Below the pieces are notes generated by a model that worked only from the letters and a program-made list of their open reading frames with translations, was not told where the DNA came from and did not search any database. Both the position numbers and the translations under genes were made by a program. Positions 38,252 through 42,603 of a DNA stretch of 42,603 nucleotides are shown one piece after another. Each line of letters starts with the position of its first letter. Within the stretch, counting starts at the first letter, position 1. The stretch is from Nanobdellota archaeon (lineage in GTDB: Archaea; Nanobdellota; Nanobdellia; Woesearchaeales; GW2011-AR9): contig JBBSWG010000056.1 in NCBI GenBank assembly GCA_038046425.1, positions 1 through 42,603 of the forward strand. Reading direction: 5' to 3'.

Positions 38252-39175
38252 TTAATCTTCTTTTCCCGCCAGCCACTTCTCTGCTTCCATCGCGGCCATG
38301 CAGCCCGAGCCGGCAGCCGTGATTGCTTGCCTGAACCGTTTATCCTGCACGTCGCCGGCCGCAAATACGCCGGGAATATTGGTGCGGGTGAATGTATCGG
38401 CCTTAAGATAGCCATTTTCATCCATCGCCAGCTTTCCTTTCAGGAACGTGGTGTTCGGAACATGACCAATGGCTAAAAAGACGCCGGCACAGGTAAGGTC
38501 CGTGATTTTTCCTGTTTTGCTGTCCTTGAGCTTAACGCCCGTTACTTTTTTCCCATCACCTATAACTTCCTCGACGGCCGTATCCCAGATAACAGTACAC
38601 TTCTGGTTCTTAAAGAAGCGCTCCTGCATGATTTTGCTCGCGCGGAAGGAATCGCGACGGTGAACCACCGTAACCTTTGTGGCAAATTTTGTCAAAAATA
38701 ATGATTCTTCCATGGCGCTGTCGCCACCGCCGATCACCATAACTTCTTTTCCTTTGTAAAGCGCCCCGTCACAGGTGCTGCAGGTTGAAACGCCCCTCCC
38801 TTTATACTTCTCTTCTGACGGAATTCCCAACCATCGTGCGCTCGCCCCCGTCGCCACAATTAATGCTTTGGTCTGGATTTTTTCTCCGCTCATCAACGCC
38901 AATTCAAATCCATTTTTTATCTGGTTAAATTCCGTAGCAATATCCACTTTAAATTTTGCGCCAAAACGAGCCGCCTGCTTCTTGCAGATTTCAATTAATT
39001 CTGGTCCAAGAATCCCTTCAGGAAAGCCGGGAAAATTTTCTACTTCTGTTGTCAAGGTAAGCTGTCCACCATCTTCCGGGCCGGAGATAAGGAGCGGGGA
39101 AAGATTAGCGCGAGCCGTATAGATAGCTGCCGTTAGGCCTGCTATGCCTGTACCCAGGATGATGATAGTTTCCAT
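38252..39175 (-). CDS. trxB: thioredoxin-disulfide reductase
   Basis: GTGIAGLTAAIY (FAD), redox-active CSTCDG, GGGDSAMEE (NADPH) and GVFAAGDV. Confidence 0.92.
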   Translation of the reverse strand: METIIILGTGIAGLTAAIYTARANLSPLLISGPEDGGQLTLTTEVENFPGFPEGILGPELIEICKKQAARFGAKFKVDIATEFNQIKNGFELALMSGEKIQTKALIVATGASARWLGIPSEEKYKGRGVSTCSTCDGALYKGKEVMVIGGGDSAMEESLFLTKFATKVTVVHRRDSFRASKIMQERFFKNQKCTVIWDTAVEEVIGDGKKVTGVKLKDSKTGKITDLTCAGVFLAIGHVPNTTFLKGKLAMDENGYLKADTFTRTNIPGVFAAGDVQDKRFRQAITAAGSGCMAAMEAEKWLAGKED

Positions 39176-39867
39176 TAGGTATACCTCTCCACTTTAATAT
39201 TTTCCGGCGCCACCCCTTTCTGCTTCAACACTTCCTGCGTTTCTAAAACAATCTCCTTCAGCCCGCAGAGATAAAAAGTCTTGTTTTGAGCTGGGGACGG
39301 TAGATGCAGCTGCACATGCCCGCGTTTTCCTCCCCAGGCTTCCCGGCTGAGTACGGGAAGGTAAAGGAAATTAGAATGCTTCTCTTCCAGCGCTAGAAAT
39401 TCCTCGTGGAATAATAAGTCTTTCCTAGTCTTATCCCCAAACAGCAACACAAATTTCTTCTGAGGAAATCTGGAAAGGTTCTCCCGAATCATGCTCGATA
39501 ATGGAGTCAGGCCCGTGCCTACGCCGACAAACCAATGCTCGCTGTTCTTGCTTTCCTCAGCAAAGATAAAATGTCCCAGCGGGCCGCGGAAAGTAAAAGT
39601 TTCTCCCGGCTGCATGATTTTAAACATTTCTGAGGCAAAGCCGCCCGGGATAATCATCACGCAGAGATCAACTTTTCCCCGTTCCGAAGGGGAATTAAGA
39701 ATTGAATAGGATTTTAGCCTTCGTGCCCCATCCCGCAGCAGGTCGATGATCACATATTGGCCGGCGGTAAACGTAATTGCCTCCGGAATAGCAAAAGAGA
39801 GGAACATCACTTCTTCCGTTAAATACTTCTTTTCCTGCAGAGTAGCGGTGAACTGATTTACAGCCAT
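39175..39867 (-). CDS. FNR-like FAD/NAD(P)-binding oxidoreductase (ferredoxin reductase-type)
   Basis: The RLKSYSILNSP (RxYS) FAD motif and the GVGTGLTPLSSMI NAD motif. It overlaps the trxB start by 1 nt, so it is probably in the same operon. Confidence 0.7.
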   Translation of the reverse strand: MAVNQFTATLQEKKYLTEEVMFLSFAIPEAITFTAGQYVIIDLLRDGARRLKSYSILNSPSERGKVDLCVMIIPGGFASEMFKIMQPGETFTFRGPLGHFIFAEESKNSEHWFVGVGTGLTPLSSMIRENLSRFPQKKFVLLFGDKTRKDLLFHEEFLALEEKHSNFLYLPVLSREAWGGKRGHVQLHLPSPAQNKTFYLCGLKEIVLETQEVLKQKGVAPENIKVERYT

Positions 39868-39942
39868 GGGCCTGCTGATTAAGCCGGCTGTTTTTAAAAT
39901 GTGTGGAAGAAGGTTTATAAAGTACCTCTCTTTACAGAGTAT

Positions 39943-40032
39943 ATGGATTTTAAAAAAAATTGGGCTGCAGCTTTGATGATTGTTATTATTGTCCTTGCCA
40001 TAATCGTGCTTATACTTTCCTTTCTACGATGA
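39943..40032 (+). CDS. very small membrane protein (29 aa)
   Basis: MDFKKNWAAALMIVIIVLAIIVLILSFLR. The ATG lies 22 nt downstream of a TTTATAAA box (39914-39921), the same spacing seen for other genes here. It is below the ORF-track cutoff. Confidence 0.35.
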   Translation: MDFKKNWAAALMIVIIVLAIIVLILSFLR

Positions 40033-40119
40033 AAATCACCGACATCTTGGCGAACACGAGAAGGATACGATGATGAAGTTTGAGCAAGATGGTGCAATAA
40101 AAGTATAATCTTTTCTCTC

Positions 40120-41145
40120 TCAATACCTCCACCTGGCCTTTCTTCCCCGGTCATCAACGTGGGCAAAGCCGTTAGCCCGGCCTATACCCCCATTCCGGAA
40201 CAGCTTTTCCACTCGTTGATCAAAAGTTCGCCGCTGTTTTATTTTCATCGGCGAGATGTCCACATCTACGCCATCACCAGAAGAATGCCGGCTGATCGTG
40301 GGGTGACGACCATAGACGCGCCGATAGAGACGGTCATTGTAGCCATAGGAGCGATAGCCTGACTGGATGAATAGCGACCGTCCAGCTTGCTTTCGTAACT
40401 GGTCTAATTTTTGCAGGAGGGCCAAGTCCAGACGGATATAAGTATTATAACGGTCCCCAGCATAAGTCTGCATATATTCTTTCCGCGCTAAAGAAGGCGT
40501 GCCGATATGGGCAAATTCCGCCAGGGTGAAATAGCGAGAGACCCGATCATCAAGCGCCGCCCGGGGAACGCGTAACAGAGGATTTCCGGACTGGTTGGGA
40601 TCATAGAATTCTTTTCCCGGGCCGATCAGGTTAGGATCAGTTACCACTTCCAGTTTCAATCCGCTGGGGAAACGCACGGTTTTAGCTTTAATTGGCTTAT
40701 TCTTCTTTCTTCTCTTTCCTGGTGTGCTGGGTGTATACTGTTCCTCATGATCTTCTACTTGGACCTGGCTGGTGGACTTAGCGCGTGGTTTCCGACAAGG
40801 CAGCTCTAAGACCGTATTGGGATGAATGGTACCTATATCTTTAATCCGATTGTAGGCAGCAATTTCTGCTATGGTCGTCCCTTCCCGTTGAGCGATGTCC
40901 CAGAGGGAGTCGTCTTGTTTAACGGTATAGGTTCTGGAAAGATGAACTTTCTGCCCCACCTGCAGCTTTAATGGTTTGATGCCGGGATTACAGCTTAACA
41001 AGTCATCTACGGTTGAGCCAGTTTTATGGCCGATATGCTCTAAGGTGTCGTTAGGCTTAACCTTATAATCGCGGGCTTCAGCGAGAGAAGAGGTGGCAAA
41101 GTAGAGGGCGGTGGCGAGAGTGGGGATGGAAAGGTATGGTTTCAT
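40120..41145 (-). CDS. secreted 2x LysM plus peptidase M15A (DUF882/YcbK-like) cell-wall hydrolase
   Basis: Signal peptide MKPYLSIPTLATALYFATSSLAEA. LysM repeats (YKVKPNDTLEHIGHKTGSTVDDLLSCNP; YTVKQDDSLWDIAQREGTTIAEIAAYN). The C-terminus SGYRSYGYNDRLY...SRHSSGDGVDVDI...GIGRANGFAHVDDRG carries the M15 zinc-ligand pattern H..D...H. Confidence 0.8.
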   Translation of the reverse strand: MKPYLSIPTLATALYFATSSLAEARDYKVKPNDTLEHIGHKTGSTVDDLLSCNPGIKPLKLQVGQKVHLSRTYTVKQDDSLWDIAQREGTTIAEIAAYNRIKDIGTIHPNTVLELPCRKPRAKSTSQVQVEDHEEQYTPSTPGKRRKKNKPIKAKTVRFPSGLKLEVVTDPNLIGPGKEFYDPNQSGNPLLRVPRAALDDRVSRYFTLAEFAHIGTPSLARKEYMQTYAGDRYNTYIRLDLALLQKLDQLRKQAGRSLFIQSGYRSYGYNDRLYRRVYGRHPTISRHSSGDGVDVDISPMKIKQRRTFDQRVEKLFRNGGIGRANGFAHVDDRGRKARWRY

Positions 41146-41357
41146 AGTGGTTGGTGGTGAGAGACGAACTGAGTTTATCCTGTTTTAGAGTTTAAATTTA
41201 AGTGTATACGTTCTATATACAACAAAATACCGGGCCAATTTATAAATTTTTCTATTTTTACTACTATTAAGTAATTTACTGCTAGAAAATTAGCCCTTAA
41301 AACCGCTTCTGGCTCACCGAAAAGTTTATATACTACGTTAGTATTACAAAGAACTAC

Positions 41358-41849
41358 ATGGTTGTGTTGGATAGCTCATCACTCATCCTGCTGGCTAAGA
41401 CTGGTCTATTGGATCTTTTCCTCGCCCAGTTAAAAGAGAGCCCCGTCATTCCGTCAGCGGTATACGAGGAAGGAGTAAAAGCAAAGCGGGCCGATGATGC
41501 TTTCCTGATTAAAGAGAGAGTTAAAGACGAGAGGATACTGATCCATCAATTAAGCGACCACATACTTAGCAATAAATTGAAGCACGATTTCAACCTCGGG
41601 CTCGGAGAGGCAGAGGCAATTGCCCTTTGCCTCCAAAATAAAGCAGTACTCATAACTGACGATAAGAAAGCTATAAGCACGTGTAAGATCTTAGGAATAG
41701 AGTTTGTCACCGTACCGAATATAGTGGTTGAACTCTATCGGAGAAAGATTATCCAGAAACAGGAAGCGGAAGTAGTAGTGAAAAAACTTCAGCTTTATGG
41801 ACGATATTCCGTCAAAATCATGGAAAAAATCAAAGAGGATTTACTATGA
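41358..41849 (+). CDS. PIN-like nuclease domain protein (DUF3368 type), putative toxin
   Basis: VVLDSSSLILLAKTGLLDLF...GLGEAEAIALCLQNKAVLITDDKKA. It overlaps the next gene by 4 nt. Confidence 0.7.
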   Translation: MVVLDSSSLILLAKTGLLDLFLAQLKESPVIPSAVYEEGVKAKRADDAFLIKERVKDERILIHQLSDHILSNKLKHDFNLGLGEAEAIALCLQNKAVLITDDKKAISTCKILGIEFVTVPNIVVELYRRKIIQKQEAEVVVKKLQLYGRYSVKIMEKIKEDLL

Positions 41850-42151
41850 GCACCATGCAAACCGTGATATCTCTACGATTACCAAAAGAAGATCTTACGC
41901 TCATTGAAGAGGTAGCTTCGTGGAAGAATAGCGATAAAAGTACTGCTATTCGGGAGCTGGTGGAACTGGGAGGAATTTACTTTGCTGTTCTTGAATACAA
42001 AAAGGGAAAGATATCAATAGAAAAAGCGGCGGAACTGGCGCACCTCTCTCTTTCCGAGATGATTGATCTACTTGCCTCTTTAGGGGTGGAAAGCAAACTA
42101 GAGATTGAAGATTACTTGGAAGGCGCTAAAACGGTAAAGAAGCTGTTCTGA
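41846..42151 (+). CDS. UPF0175-family protein, putative antitoxin partner of the PIN protein
   Basis: The C-terminal KGKISIEKAAELAHLSLSEMIDLLASLGV matches the UPF0175 helix-turn-helix-like core. The N-terminal part looks RHH-like. Confidence 0.6.
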   Translation: MSTMQTVISLRLPKEDLTLIEEVASWKNSDKSTAIRELVELGGIYFAVLEYKKGKISIEKAAELAHLSLSEMIDLLASLGVESKLEIEDYLEGAKTVKKLF

Positions 42152-42346
42152 ATAATGGAGGGTTATTTTTTATGTTTAGCAGGGGATTAATTTGGAAAGG
42201 GGGGACGGTCTGCGCTGCTAAACTCTCCGAACGGAACGAAGCGAAGGGAGAAGCGTAGCGTCCCTGAGCACCGCAGACCGCAGTCGAGGAGCGGAGATGA
42301 CGCAGGAACCAGCACTAACATAAGAGAAAGTGATTTTTCTTTGATT

Positions 42347-42599
42347 ATGAATAAAAAAGAGCTGGAATTCCTGTTAAAAGAGGTCGAAGTTGGGTGAAAA
42401 CTAGAAAAGGATAGTTGAACTCCTGCGACAGGATAAGTCTATTTCTATCCCTAGAATTGCCGAGAAAGTAGGTATAAGCACGACGGCAGTAGAGAATAAC
42501 ATCGCGAAATTGAAGAAAAAAAGGATTATAAAGAGGGTTGGTTCAGCAAAGGCAGGGTATTGGGTAGTGGTTGGGTGGTCAGAAAAAGTGGTCAGATAG
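42347..42599 (+). pseudogene. remnant of an AlbA_2/wHTH (Schlafen-like ATP-dependent DNA-binding) gene
   Basis: MNKKELEFLLKEVEVG followed by a stop resembles the AlbA_2 N-terminus (..E.E.LEFK). About 15 nt later, in the +1 frame, comes KRIVELLRQDKSISIPRIAEKVGISTTAVENNIAKLKKKRIIKRVGSAKAGYWVV, the typical C-terminal winged helix. The ~350 aa normally lying between them are absent. Confidence 0.5.
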
Positions 42600-42603
42600 G
42601 TGG

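Noticed and set aside
42205-42280. The GC-rich segment upstream of the AlbA_2 remnant resembled 5S rRNA pieces (CCGAAC..GGAA..GAAGCGAA..CGTAGCG) and looked like another stem-closed module.
   Set aside because: The enclosing stem is only 9 bp (CGGTCTGCG/CGCAGACCG), and that many are expected by chance within 80 nt in this window. The enclosed 76 nt is too short for 5S and lacks the helix II/III and loop E features. It does not fold as a tRNA either.
1-42603. I looked for CRISPR arrays, cas genes, reverse transcriptase/DGR template-variable repeat pairs, integrases, transposases, rRNA genes and C/D-box sRNAs (RUGAUGA...CUGA).
   Set aside because: None found. The only tandem repeats are 12-bp and 15-bp micro-arrays. 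The two TGATGA occurrences in intergenic DNA lack a correctly spaced CUGA. No ORF carries RT, integrase or DDE motifs.

Overview
This is a 42.6-kb archaeal chromosomal segment. The backbone is universal archaeal information-processing genes: ABCE1, aIF2-gamma, the L44e-S27e-aIF2-alpha-Nop10 cluster, fibrillarin-Nop5, a single-OB SSB, RNase P Pop5, proteasome alpha, RadA, L41e and L35Ae. Most genes have TTTATAAA-type TATA boxes about 25 nt upstream of the start codon, so transcripts look largely leaderless. Between these lie several accessory groups. Secreted or surface genes: a 930-aa sequon-rich PGF-pre-PGF surface protein, a lipobox lipoprotein next to a bacterial-type lgt, a LysM-M15 peptidase, and a transglutaminase-like protein. 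Redox genes: TrxR plus an FNR-like protein, a ferric-reductase/Rieske fusion, and a CDGSH protein. There are also decayed toxin-antitoxin genes and a tandemly duplicated membrane/coiled-coil two-gene cassette that I cannot assign to any family. Gene content suggests an uncultivated small-genome (DPANN-like) archaeon, but that is inference only. Four things stand out. (1) Both tRNA genes in the window (Asn-GUU, Glu-UUC) are interrupted by several insertions at non-canonical positions (D-arm region and T-loop) and none at 37/38. (2) There are GC-rich, stem-closed, heavily structured intergenic modules (82-345 nt) that I cannot place in a known RNA family; three sit just downstream of palindromic TATA boxes shared with divergent genes. 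(3) A 154/158-nt MITE-like element occurs in two inverted copies bracketing a 4.5-kb block that carries lgt. (4) The duplicated A/B membrane cassette at 12.7-15.4 kb. I saw no CRISPR array, rRNA, transposase, integrase or reverse transcriptase. All family assignments come from motif recognition by eye, not from searches.
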